Below are positions 14,183-27,220 of a DNA stretch of 64,000 nucleotides, piece by piece. The position numbers were made by a program, and so were the translations under genes. Position 1 is the stretch's first letter. Each line of letters starts with the position of its first letter. Source of the DNA: Camelus dromedarius (Eukaryota); contig NC_087436.1 in NCBI RefSeq assembly GCF_036321535.1, forward strand, positions 60,390,001 to 60,454,000. Direction: 5' to 3'. Below the pieces are notes generated by a model that was given only the letters and a program-made list of their open reading frames with translations, did not search any database and was not told where the DNA came from.

Positions 14183-17100
14183 GCTTCAAAATAGGTTATC
14201 AGTTATTAAAATTAAGATTAAACTTTTAAAACTATCTTTACATGGTTTTTCTTTCTCCAAACTGCCAGTATTCAGCAAATCATAGTGGCTATCACCTGAA
14301 TATTACTGTGAGATTTGTAGAATGATGATAAATTATCTTCTGGTGTTCGTGAGGTAGGGGGGCAATGTGGCTAGATGGTATTTATAATATCATAGCAAAG
14401 GTCAAAGGAAACCAAAAGCCAAATTTAATCAGTATGGCAGTGTGTCTCCCCCCTGGTATCAAAGAGTATAAAAGGGAGGGAGGGTAGAGTTCAGTGGCAG
14501 AATGAGTGCCTAGCATGCACAAGGTCCTGGGTTCAATCCCTAGTACCTCCATTAAAAATAAATAAATAAATAAACAAACAAACTTAATTACCTCCCCCCA
14601 CCAAAAAAACAAGAAATAATAAATTAAAAATAAAGTGATGTTATAAAAAAAGGAAGAAAAAACTAGACATTAAATTTTTTTTTAAGAGTATTAAAGGAAG
14701 TAGTTTGCAATTGGTTTCTTCTTATAGCCGAGTTTAGCCTGAGTCCGCTGGTTTCATTGCTTTGTATAGACTTTACCTGCTCAGCTGTCCAATGAATGCC
14801 ATCAGTTTTATGACCATAGAAGCTAAGCTGGCTTAATGAGCGTGAGTATCTATGCATCCACTTGAAAGCGCCTCACACATTATATTGCTGCTCCTGCACA
14901 AAGTGAATATCAACCCCACATAGGAAAGTAGGCCAATGTATCCTTATGGCCTTAATGTTGTTATTGGTTACTTGACAAAGATAAAATAAAGAACTTTTAA
15001 TTAATTATTAACTTTAGGCCTATAAAAATTCTACTTACAGTAAATAAAGGAACAGGAAGCAATTTTATCAAGGCATCATTGGAAAAAAAGAGAATCAGAA
15101 CTGAGTTAATTATTAGCCCATTAAGTCCAATATTGAGCCAACTGTTATATAAAAAAAATCTAAATGCAATTTTTATAAGTGCCTAACATGCATTCTTTAT
15201 CCTATAACAGTTTATTAGTTCTTACATTCTATTAAATCTTTTAACTCAATTAATTTTTAAGGTATTTAAATTTATACTTACTGTAGAGATACAGGTATTT
15301 TTTGGTTTAAAAAAAATGACATGGTTTGCCTATTGCATGAGCACACATCCTGTAGAGCTTAACTGAAACTCATTTGCTGTGTCCACAAGAGGACCAAGGA
15401 CTAAAATAGTATGGAAGAAGAACAACTCATTATTTTTCCTAAAAGTATTATTGTAAGAACATCTTGTACTGAAATACCACTCTTTCTCTTGGAAACATGT
15501 ACGTCTAAATAGTTTGTTCTGTGATCCCACAGGGCAAGATTAGTCCTCCTGGATCAGATTAATTTAGAGGGAGTCATAAATAAATACAATAGTTTAAATA
15601 GTCAAGAGACAATTCAACATTGTATTATTCTGTGACTTTTAATATTATCAGAAAATTCAGAGATTAAATATGAAGAGTCATATTATGTTAGGATAATGAT
15701 TATCCTTTTTAATTAAAAAGCAATAAAATACAAAGTTCATCCAAATGATTATATAATTTAACAGCAGACTCATATGAAAGGAACGCTGCTATCTCTTTTA
15801 GTAAGAACCAGGAGCTATTCTTTTATAGTAGAAAGATTATTTAATATCACTCATATGCCAAACATATTAATAAAACACTTCTTTAATACAGAGAGACTAT
15901 TAAGTGGTTTATATGCACTGCATTAAATTCCTCTTTGCTGCCAAATTTACACTTCTCCTTTGGTGTTTACAACATATGCCAGTGATACTCCTAACCTCTC
16001 ATTTCCCAAATGCAAAAAAACCCACAGAATATTCTAGGTCTCTCCTCTCCCCAGTGCTGTGCATTCAGGCTGTGAACAGCTCACATTTTTTCTTTCTTTC
16101 TTTTTTTTTTTTTTACAGTGGTTCAGTTTGCAACATAATTCTGCTAATGAGCTCAGCAAAATGCCTATTGCAACCCAATCATAAAAAGAAGCTGAGACCC
16201 AGAGAGGTGAACTTACTCAAGGCTACACAGAAACTTACTGAAACAACTAGGGTCAGAATCATGATTTGCTATTCCTCAGATCACTAACTTTCCCACAGTC
16301 TTTCTGTTTCTGTTGGTTTTACTTTCATGACTTTACTCATATCTGTCTCCTCCGCTTCAGCTACCTCTTCCTTAGATCTAGCTCTGACCGCCTGATCTTG
16401 CTGATAATGTCCTGATTGGCATCTCTAATTGCATTTTTTGTAGTCATGCTACGCACCACTGTCTAGCTTCATGCTTCTGAGACACAGTTCTCGTCACACT
16501 CAACCCTCTCCTGGAAATGTTCAAAGACTGCTCTTTACAGAATCATGTCTAAATGCCTTGTAGGTGTCTCCTCAAAATTCCTATGTTGGAATCCTAACCC
16601 CTAAAGCTGATAATTTTAGGAGGTGGGGGCTTTGGAGGTGCTTATGTCATGAGGGTGGAGCCCTCATGAATGGGATTAATGTCTTATAAAAGGGACCCCA
16701 CAGAGCCCCCTCACCCCTTTCACCGCATGGGGACAGAGTGAGCAGTGAACCAGCAAGGGGACCCTCACCCAATGTGACCATGCTGGCACCCTGATTTTGA
16801 ACTTCCCAGCCTCCAAAACATCAAGAAATAAATTTCTGTTTTAAGCTACCCAATCAGTGTATTTTGTGACAACAGCCCAAAGGGACTAAGATACTTATCT
16901 TGGCATTCAAGGTCCTCTGTGATCTGCCCTGTTTGAATTCCTGCTTACTATGCATTCATTCAGTTAGACAGTCATTCCACAGATATTTATAGAGTTTCTC
17001 TTGTGTACCAGACACTTTGCCAGGTAACACCAAAATGAGCAGGACACAATCTGGTCTTATTTATCAAAAAGCACATCACCTAATAGCTTCCTTTAATTAT

Positions 17101-20100
17101 GTATGCAAAAAATGTTTTATAAGAGCAAAGGGCAAATTTGATTGTTTTATAGGGTCTTGTCAGAAAAAAGTTAAAGAACATGTAGAGAAATACTTATAAA
17201 CGTGTTTTGTATTGATGCCTGATTTACATAGATGAAACCAGATTCAAATAATATATCAGTGACCTTTGAGTTACTTAACAATTTACCCAAGTTCCAGTAA
17301 GCGCCTTTTAGACCATATGATCTTGCTAAACCATACAGATCTACTAAATACCATTTAAATATGAAAAGAGATTAAAAGCTATTTTTTGGCAATAGCTTAC
17401 CAGGAAGTAGAACGTTGTCTGTGTTTCTTTGGTTCCGGCCTATCAGGGCACGGGTAAGATTCACTGCTGGTTTCTTAAGTGTATTGGGTTTCTTCAGCAA
17501 TGGTTTTATTCGCTCCTGTGACTTGACAAGGTTTGCAAGACTACCAGACAATGACTGATTTATATGCCGAGTTAAATTAGATAGCACAATTTGCATTTTT
17601 ATTTCAATTACTGATTCCACAAATTCTGTCAGACCTTTCTGAAGAAGTTGAGTATCTGGTAGGGAACCTTTTATCCTCTTAGATATGGTAGCATTCAGTT
17701 CTGATACACCTGTAGAAGCATTATAACACATCACTAAAGCTTCATAGAGAGTTTTGTTAAGTACAGAGAAACTAGTCGAAAGATGGATGGATTTTGCTTC
17801 CAGAGCTTTAAATCTGGAAGTGAGTACCTGCTGTTGAAGGGCCTGATCTCTTTCATTTGTCACCACACTGCCTTTTTTTAGTGAAACGTAATAAGGTATG
17901 AGCGTCTTGGTCACTTTCGACTCAATGCCTTGCAACCGGGTTTCAAAATTTTTGGAAATCTTTGTGGCTGAAAGTATTTTTTCCTCCAAATGACTCATGT
18001 TTTGCTGGTATCTTATCACTTGGGAACTGGTCTCATTCAACATTTGGTAAATATTTTCAAAATTGGACAGACTCAGTTTTTCATCTTTAGATATATATGC
18101 AAGGGCTTTGGCAACTTGCAGGACAAAGTTATATTTCTGATTGTCATTGACCAAAATCTGAATAGAATTATTCAAATGTTGAAACTGAGAAATAAATGTC
18201 AAAATAGTTTCCATATTCTGGGTACATTTATGATGGACTTCAGGATTATACTTTATTGTATTTAAAGTCTCTTTTAACACGTAGTTGTCTTCAATGAAAT
18301 CAATGGCATTATTTATAATAGTTACTGTCTTATTCAGACCATCTTCCATTTCTAAGGCTTGTTCATTGATACGTCTGTCTAAGGCATCACCACGACTCTG
18401 TACTTCATTTCTAAGTAAGTTGTATCTTTTTGTAAGTTCTTTGATGAGAAAATTTAGACTGTTGACAGCACTAGTCAGATTTTCCACTTTTTTCTTCATC
18501 GCTGCTGCTTCTTTTGGTTGTCTGTATGTCATTGTCTCTTGAAATGATGCTCCCTGCTCAAGCAAGGGTTGAAGAATCTCCATATCATAAGTCAGATCAT
18601 TTAGTTGCTCATTCATTTTATCCATCTTATTGTCCATTGGAAAGAGAACCTCAGCCAATGTTTGGTTTAAAATTTGTAAATTCTCTTCTACGTCCTCAAT
18701 TTGAAATTTAAAATCATTTCTGCACTTGGATAACATGTCTTCACATTCAGTCCTGACAGATTCTTTCTCCATTTCCAAAGCAAGGGTGAGATTGTTAATC
18801 TTGCTCTCTTGGATGTGCAAATCACCAAACATCTGCAGCATCACTGAACCCTGCTTCTTTATCTTCTCATGTAGAGTAGACAGGTACTCAGTGACATTAT
18901 CACTAACTGATTCAGCAGCTGGAACACTCATCTGACTGGGGAGTTGCTCAGTTGATAAAAGGTGCTCCTGTATTTCCGTCATTTTAGAAAGAGTCTTGTT
19001 GAGGGATTCATAATACAAAACACTCCTGGAGTGTTCCTGTTCTAAGGCACCTTCCAAATGAGTCTGCTTTGTTTCTAGTTCTTTAATAGGCTTTCCACAT
19101 GTGAGTGTCATTTCTTGTCTTATATTCACAATGTGATTTTTTAGCTCCAATATATCAGTCGAAGTGGGCCTATTTTCTTGTATTAAAACAGACTTTTGCT
19201 GGACTGCTATTGAAACCACAGATTCATTAACTTGTTGAATTATTTGTCTGGTGTCTTCAAGCTCCTCTGATACAGTTGATACTGTCTTGAAGAGCTGTGC
19301 TATGGTCTCCTGCATGTCATTTTGAAAAATTTTAAATTGTTCTCTTACTATGTCCTTTACCAGATCAGTAATGCTTTTGGATTTTAGACCTGGAGAAGGA
19401 AAGGGTAAACAACAATAAGTGACACATGATTTCAATTATGTAAACTTTAGATATCTTTAAAAATATAAACGTTCGAGACTAAACACTAACATCATAAAAT
19501 AATAAAAATACTTCCTCACTTTATTTACTTAAGAATTTTTTAAAATTACTGTAGTCCAGGGGGGGAGTGCCAAGATGGTGGAGTATAAGGACACATAGCT
19601 TATCCCCTCCCACAAATACACTGAAAATTACATCTACAGACCCATCAAATTGCACAGAACACCTACTGAACTTTGGCAGAGTATCTCTTACTTTGAAATA
19701 CAAGAAGATTTCTCATAAAATCCAGTAGGGGGAAAAAATAAAAAGAAAAAGGAAATTGGTGCAGGACCCGTCCCTTGAGGAAAGAACAGCAACGGAGGAA
19801 ACACCTTCACGCTGTGACACCCCCTCTCCAGCACGGAGGTCAGCTCCACACAAAAACTGCTAGAGCTGATAACAGAATTTTGCAAGGTAGCAGGATACAA
19901 GATCAACATACAGAAATCAGTTGTATTTTTTTACACTTACAATGAAATATCAGAAAGAGAAAGTAAAGAAACAATCCTCTTTAAAATTGCATCCAAAAAA
20001 ATAAATTACTTAGGTGTAAATCTGACCAAGGAAGTGAAAGACTTATACATGGAGAACTACAAAACATTGATTAAGGAAATTAAAGATAACTTAAAGAAAT

Positions 20101-23100
20101 GGGAAGATATCCCATGTTCCTGGATTGGTAGAATTAATATTGTTAAAATGGCCATACTACCCAAAGCAATCTACAGATTTAATGCGATTTCTATCAAACT
20201 AACCTGGACACTTTTCACAAAACTAGAATAAATAATCCTAAAATTTATCTGAAATCACAAAAGGCCCAGAATTGCCAAAGCAATACTGAAGAAAAAGAAC
20301 AAAGCTGGAAGAAAAACACCCCCAGACTTCAGACAATACTACAGAGCTACAGTAGACAAAACAGCATGATATTGGTACAAAAACAGCCACATGGATCAAT
20401 GGAACAGAATAGAGAGCTCAGAAATAAACCCATAGACTTACAGTCAATTAATCTTTGACAAAGGAGGCAAGAATATATAATGGAGAAAAGACAATCTCTT
20501 CAGCAAGTGGTGCTGGGAAAACTGGACAGCCACATGTAAATCAATGAAGTTCGAATAGTCCTTCACACCATAGTCCCTCACAAAAATAAACTCAAAATGG
20601 CTTAAAAACTTAAATATAAGACAAGACTCTCAGAAGAAAATATAGGCAAAACATTTTCTGACATAAATCTTAGTAATGTTCTCCTAGGGCTGTCTACTCA
20701 GGCAATAGAAATAAAAGCAAGAATAAACAAATGGGACCTAACTAAACTTGTAAGCTTTTGCACAGCAAAGGAAACCGTAAGCAAAACAAAATGACAACCT
20801 ATGGAATGGGTGAAAGTAATTGCAAATGATGTGACTGACAGAGGCTTAATTTCCAGAATATATAAACAGCTCATAAAACTTAATAACAACAACAACAACA
20901 ACAACAACAAACCCCAAATAGGCAGAAGACCTAAAAAAGCAATCCTCCAATGAAGACATACAAGTGGTCAATAGGCACATGAAAAAAATGCTCAATATTG
21001 CTAATTATCAGAGAACTGCAAATCAAAACTGCAATGAGGTATCACCTCACACCAGTCAAAATGGCCATGATTAAAAAGTCCACAAATTATAAATGCTGAA
21101 GAGGGTGTGGAGTAAAGGGAACCCTCCTACACTGCTGTTGGGAATGTAGTTTGGTGCAGCCATTATGGAAAATAGATATGAAATTCCTCAAAAAACTAAA
21201 AATAGACTTTCCATATGATCCAGCAATACCACTCCTGGATATATATCCAAAGGCAACTCTAATGCCAAAAGATACATGCACCCTAATATTCTTAGCAGCA
21301 CTATATACAATAGCTAAGACCTGGAAACAACCTAAATGTCCATTGACAGAGGACTGGATAAAGAAGCTGTGGTATCTTTACACGATAGAATACTACTCAA
21401 CCATAAAAAAGAATAAAATAATGCCATTTTCAGCAACATGGATGGACCTGGAGAATGTCATTCTAAGTGAAGTAAGCCAGAAAGAGAAAGAAAAATATCA
21501 TACAATATCACTCATATGTGGAATCTAAAGAAAAAAGAAGATAGTAATGAACTTATCTATAGAACAGAAACAGACTCACAGACATAGTAAACAAACTTAT
21601 GGTTACTGGGGAGAAAAAAGGTTGGGAAGGGATAAATTGGGAGTGTGAGATTTGCAAATATTAACTATATAAAATAGATTAAAAAAACAAATTTCTTCTG
21701 TATAGCACAGGGAACTGTATTCAATATCTTGTAGTATCCTATAATCAAAAAGAATATGAAAACAAATATATGTTTGTATATGTATGACTGGGACATTATG
21801 CTGTACACCAGAAATTGACATGTAACTGACCATACTTCAATAATTTAAAAAAAATTACTGTAGTTCATAGAAGGTGATCACCTTCTTAACTGATATGTCT
21901 GAGGGAAGAAGTCAGCTGCAGTGTTACACACACTAGAACCATAAAACTAAGGTGCTCTAGACAAAAGACATAGAAGAACTACTATGACTTCAGTTAGCGT
22001 ATTTTTGTATGCAATGATTCTAGGTCCAGTCTTAGTCTTGTATGACAATAAATGGCTTTGGGCTTTCTGCCTTAGAAAATAAAACATGGTGTTAGCTCAT
22101 GAGGTTAATCAGTTTTCTTATAAAGTTGACCCATGAACAATGCAGGGGTTGGGGTGCCAACCCTCTGTATAGCCAAAAAGCTGCATATAATTTATAGTTG
22201 GCCCTCTGTCATATCCAGGGTTTCTCTGAATCCAGAGTTCCACACCCTCAGATTCAACCCCCAACTGTGGATCCCATAGTACTGTAGTATTTACTATAGA
22301 AAAATAGTCTGCCAATAAGTGGACCCAGGAGGTTCAAACCTATGTTAATCAAGGGTCAACTGTAATTAGATTTTTCAGAGCTTGTGTTTTGAGCTCATAA
22401 AAATGAATAAATTGTCAATAAAAAATGTTAAAAAAAATGAATAAATTGACTTCAGAGAAGAAATTTAATGAGATTCCCAAATGAGGAACAGTATGAAGTA
22501 ATAATAATAAAATTCAACAATAGTTTATAACAACAATAAAATAAAAATAATGAGAGGTTTGGGCATCACAACACTAAGTCAAATGAAAATAGGAATTTAA
22601 GATATACCTCAATTATCATAATAGGACATTAATTCTTAACAAAAGAGGAGAGAAAACCTGCCACTAATAAAGTATATACTAGTATCCCCATATTAGAAAG
22701 AATAGATTGATCATAAGCCAGAATTTTGGACAGCTCTAAAAGTAGTATTTAAAAAGAAAAGGAAAAGAAAAAGGGTCTTGAACTATTTAGAATCATTTAG
22801 AATGGGAAATGATTATTTAAACATGTAAAAACACCCTGTACATAAGAAACCAGAAAAATGGAAAAAATAAAACATGTTTGAGGAATATTGATAGTACATA
22901 GGGATGAAGCAGATACAAATGGAAGGTCTGTCCACTCAAATCCAACATGTAGCCAATGCCGATAATATAAAATATTGGCAACATAATACAAACATTTTAA
23001 ACAGGAAAGTCTGCACAATAGGGTGCTGTGAAATGAGTTATGGCGACCATGAAGCCTATTCAAGAAAGATGATTAAAGGGTAAAAATGTATAGTCTCTAT

Positions 23101-26100
23101 GTGTCTCTGTTTTGTACACAAGTTTTCAGAAGTTGAATGAGAGACCTACATAAAACGCATCGTGAAAGAGAAATTATACCAAATAGAATGATGTATTGCG
23201 TGAGCTTTCTGATATTATGGTACAAAGACAAAGTTGTGAATGGATAAATATTTCCCCAGGAATCATCGACCCTAAAGATAAATGTTGTTAATTGATAACA
23301 GGATTTCCAGAGTACAAAAATTTATTTTACATTTCTAAACCTAGTGGACACTAAAAGAAACTTAAAAGTCTAGAAACTATAAGTAAGTAAAAATCAACTT
23401 GTCTATAATAGGAAAAATAAAAGCACGTGAAGTATGAAAAGGTAATCAATGACACACAGCACCAAAGTGCTAAGGAAAGGCCAAATTAGAAAAGATTAAG
23501 CAGCTACCATTAAGACCAATTACACTGAAACAGTTTGCATTTACTAACATGAATAATCACACCAAGAAAGGTTTCAACGTATTTCTATTTTCTAAAATTA
23601 ACTTAGCATTTAACACATCACTCATTTATACAGGAAATATTCATTGAGTATATTCTAGATGCCACACAGAAAACAAAATTTGGAAAATTAGATTTCTAAT
23701 GTTTAGAATATGTCAGCTTCACTGAGTTTAAGGCACTACTCAATAGCGAAGTTATATTTATTGCACTTTCTACAGGATTATTTAATCATTTCCTGTTAGT
23801 TAAAATTGTTTTTATCTCATGACAACAACAACTGGAAGAAACACAATAAAATATTTAAGGTTAGGAATTAGACTTTCCTGGAATATATAGCCTAGTAATT
23901 TTGGCTTTAAAATGTTTTTCAAGATTGACAAGGTAAAATAAAACTTAAGCGTAACTGAATTGATTAATTAGTTGTGGACAATCACAATAGGTTTTTAACG
24001 TCAGCAAGGGAAAAACTACATGATCTAAAAGTTGGAAAAAAGAATGAAAACACTGTAAAAAGGTAAAATTCAGTGCAGAATCTTTATCAAATAATTAGGG
24101 GAAAAGTAAACAATAAAAATAAAAAATTAGGAGGTACTTTAGCTGTACCTCCTAAGAGCTTTAAAACTTAAATGGAAAAATACATTGGACAAAGGGTAAA
24201 AATCACAGCAGGATCTGAAAAGGAATCAAAAAGGTTATAGGGTTAAAATTTTGTTTCAGGATAAGAAACTTTCCAGATAATATTTCTATAATTTTTTACT
24301 AAACAAACATCTATGTAAGAATCTGATTTTGCAAAATTATGTCAAAGTGCTTTATGTCAGTATCTGAATGAGCACATCATTTTACCTCTGTTTGATTCTG
24401 TTTCATGTGACTCATGTGCATTTACTTCCTAAAAAAATTGATAACGTATTTGGTGACTTAACAGATATATTTGATATCAGACACCTCTGCATGCCCCTTC
24501 CCTGGTTGTGAGCAGGTGGCCTATTCAAAAGGTTCAGATGGCTCTTACAGCACTGGGGCTTTTGATTTTGAACAGTTGCCCTGACTGCTAGCAGATTAAA
24601 GTAGTGTCTCTCCACTTCGATGTGGAGTAAGAGAAGGGATTGTGGTTTTGCTAGGAAAGTGCAACACCTTGAGGGTGAGTTTAGTTTTTGTTTCCTGTAT
24701 GAACATTCATTAACTACAAGCCCTCTGGTTCTCATAATTGTGCTCAGTACATAAACTGATGCCTACTATTGAAGAGGGAATTTTGTCATTGTCATTGCTA
24801 TGAGTATGTTTTTTCCTGTGTCAGTGCCTGAAGTTTTGTTAGTAGGTTCACAAAAAGCTGTTGACAGGTCTAATTCTCTCAGGTTATGATAACCAAATTT
24901 ACTAAACAAATTTTATTACTGTGGTTATAGTCAATTACATGCTGCTTCTATTTGACTTCTTCCTCGTGCTATCACTTCAGGTGAGATGTATTCCTCTCTC
25001 ATGCTTGCCATGGGTAGGTTTTAGCCAAAGGGAATATGCCAGAAATGGGCAAGGACAGAGTCTTTCTTTCGATTGGTTAATACCACCAATAATTTAAATG
25101 ACTTAAAAAAAAAATCGTGATTGCTCTGTACTGGTAGATGATATGGAAACCCCCACCTTTTCTTTTTTATGTTGTATTACTTGGGTTTATATATTTTTTG
25201 ATTGACCTCTACCTTTTTCTCTCTCTTACTTGTGAATCACATTAAAAAAAAAGAAAAAGAAAAAAAACTCATGAGTGATAGAAACGGCATGTACAGTGAG
25301 TATTTTTTAATGTATAAAACAAAGTGAAAGGGACCAGCAATCCTAATACTTGGAAACATACAATAAACCCAGTGAATTGAGATGCTCCTGGTAACCAAAA
25401 TACTTGTCTAGAATATCCATGCCCTACCTGAAACCTCTTTGCCTGTTGAATTCCTCTGATCTCTTCATTTCTTATCAGTTGAGATGGTTTCTTTTTGTAG
25501 AAGCCTTCCCTGATCCCCTTAGACTGTATTTGTTGAAACGATCAAATAGTCCCATTGTATTATGCACAATAATACAATTACTCCCTAGATATAAATCTCC
25601 GTGGTAGGCAGAATAATGCTGCCCTACCTAAGATGCTCACACCCTAATTCCCTGAACCTGTGAATATGTTACCTTACAGGGCACAAGGACTTTGACAGAT
25701 GTGATTAAAGTTAAGGACTTTGAAATGAGGAGATTATCCTGGATTATCCAGATGGGTCCAATGTAATCATCTGAGTCCTTAAAGAGGAAGAAGAAGGCAG
25801 AAGAGTGGGTCTGAGAGCCGCCCTGTGGACTCAACAGCTGTTGTTGGCTTTTGAAGATGGAGGAAGAAGGCCATGAGCCAAGAGACGCAGTGCTCCCTAG
25901 AAGCTGGGAACAAGCCACAGTTTCTGAACTCAAGAAAATGGGACCTCAGTCCTACAACTGCAAGAAAATGAATTCTGACAGCTCGAATTAGCAAGAAATG
26001 GATTATCTGGAGGATAATCCAGAAAAGAACACATCGGCTATTTCAAGAGCACAAAAGTCAGGCAAAACTGATTCACCTTTCTATTAATGATCTGATACAC

Positions 26101-27168
26101 TTTAGAATACATTTTATTGATTATACTCCCTGAGCTAGATAATTGTTGGGATAATATTGGGCTTTATATTTATCCTTAATATCTTCATCAATATTATTGA
26201 GATAACCATGGATCCAGCTGCCTTAATCATCATCCCTCAACCTCATCTTTATCTTGAAATGGAAACTGCAATGGAAGCAGATTAAGTACAGCTCATTTTA
26301 ACTACAAAGAAATACAACTAGGCTGTAACTAGGTACATAATGTCAATAGGTCAGATGAAATATTCTAAGATTTGACTATATTATTAAAAATATTTAGATT
26401 TCTCTAATTATTTCAGAAATTGAGGGACTTAGAAGTATCTTATGCAAAAAAAATCTGCCTTCGACATCTATCCCACCCAATCTAAAGCAAAGATCCCAAA
26501 ATGATGTGAGAAGAGATAAACAAGTCATTTGCCTTTTGTCTCAACTGAAGGAATAATTTATTTTACTTTTACCTTTTAGAAAAGATTGGAATTCCCTGCC
26601 TTTATCTTCACTGATTTTCCCTTCTAGGGAGGAGTACGTGTTTCTGACATCACTCAGAGCCAAGGAAATATTGTCAATGGTCTTCTGCAGAAGGGTCAGT
26701 CTCATTGCCTGGTGGTTCATCTGGTCAGACATTTTTTGTGTCACTGCTGCATGTAGAAGACAAAATATGAAACATTTAAAAATACACATTTAAAAACACT
26801 TGAATTTCATGGTAGGTTGAAAGGTAATTCAAATAAACCCTGTGTGTACTTTATATTTGAAAATATAGACTATATGCACTTAGCAAATGCAACCTGAATT
26901 TTACACTATTTAAGGGTAGAAATTTGTAAAAAGCAGTCTAATATCTTAGAGTTCTAAAATGTTTTAACTTCACCCAGAAGTTTTAGTCTTTCTTTTTAAC
27001 CTGAAAGATTTATTGTTAAACTTTCAGTAGATGAAGAAACTGAGGGTCAGAAAAATCAAAATAACTTGCTTGAGGCTACAGACCTATTGACTCATATTCT
27101 GCTTTCAAATACAATGCTCTAGTATAAAATAGGTGTAGCCAAATAGATAGATAGATAGGCAGATAGAT

Positions 27169-27220
<52 letters not shown>

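Noticed and set aside
14052..14285. Poly-Ser ORF
   Set aside because: Translation of the (TAG)n microsatellite.
17990..18935. Plus-strand ORFs over exon 6
   Set aside because: Antisense shadows of the coding exon.
17372..19435. 687-aa ORF as a standalone gene
   Set aside because: It is MMRN1 exon 6 plus intronic read-through at both ends.
20034..21528. ORFs with reverse-transcriptase-related sequence
   Set aside because: Disrupted L1 ORF2 fragments with stops and frameshifts, not a gene.
26000..26020. 8-bp inverted repeat ggattatc...gataatcc
   Set aside because: Short and inside an MLT1D LTR; expected by chance or local template switching.
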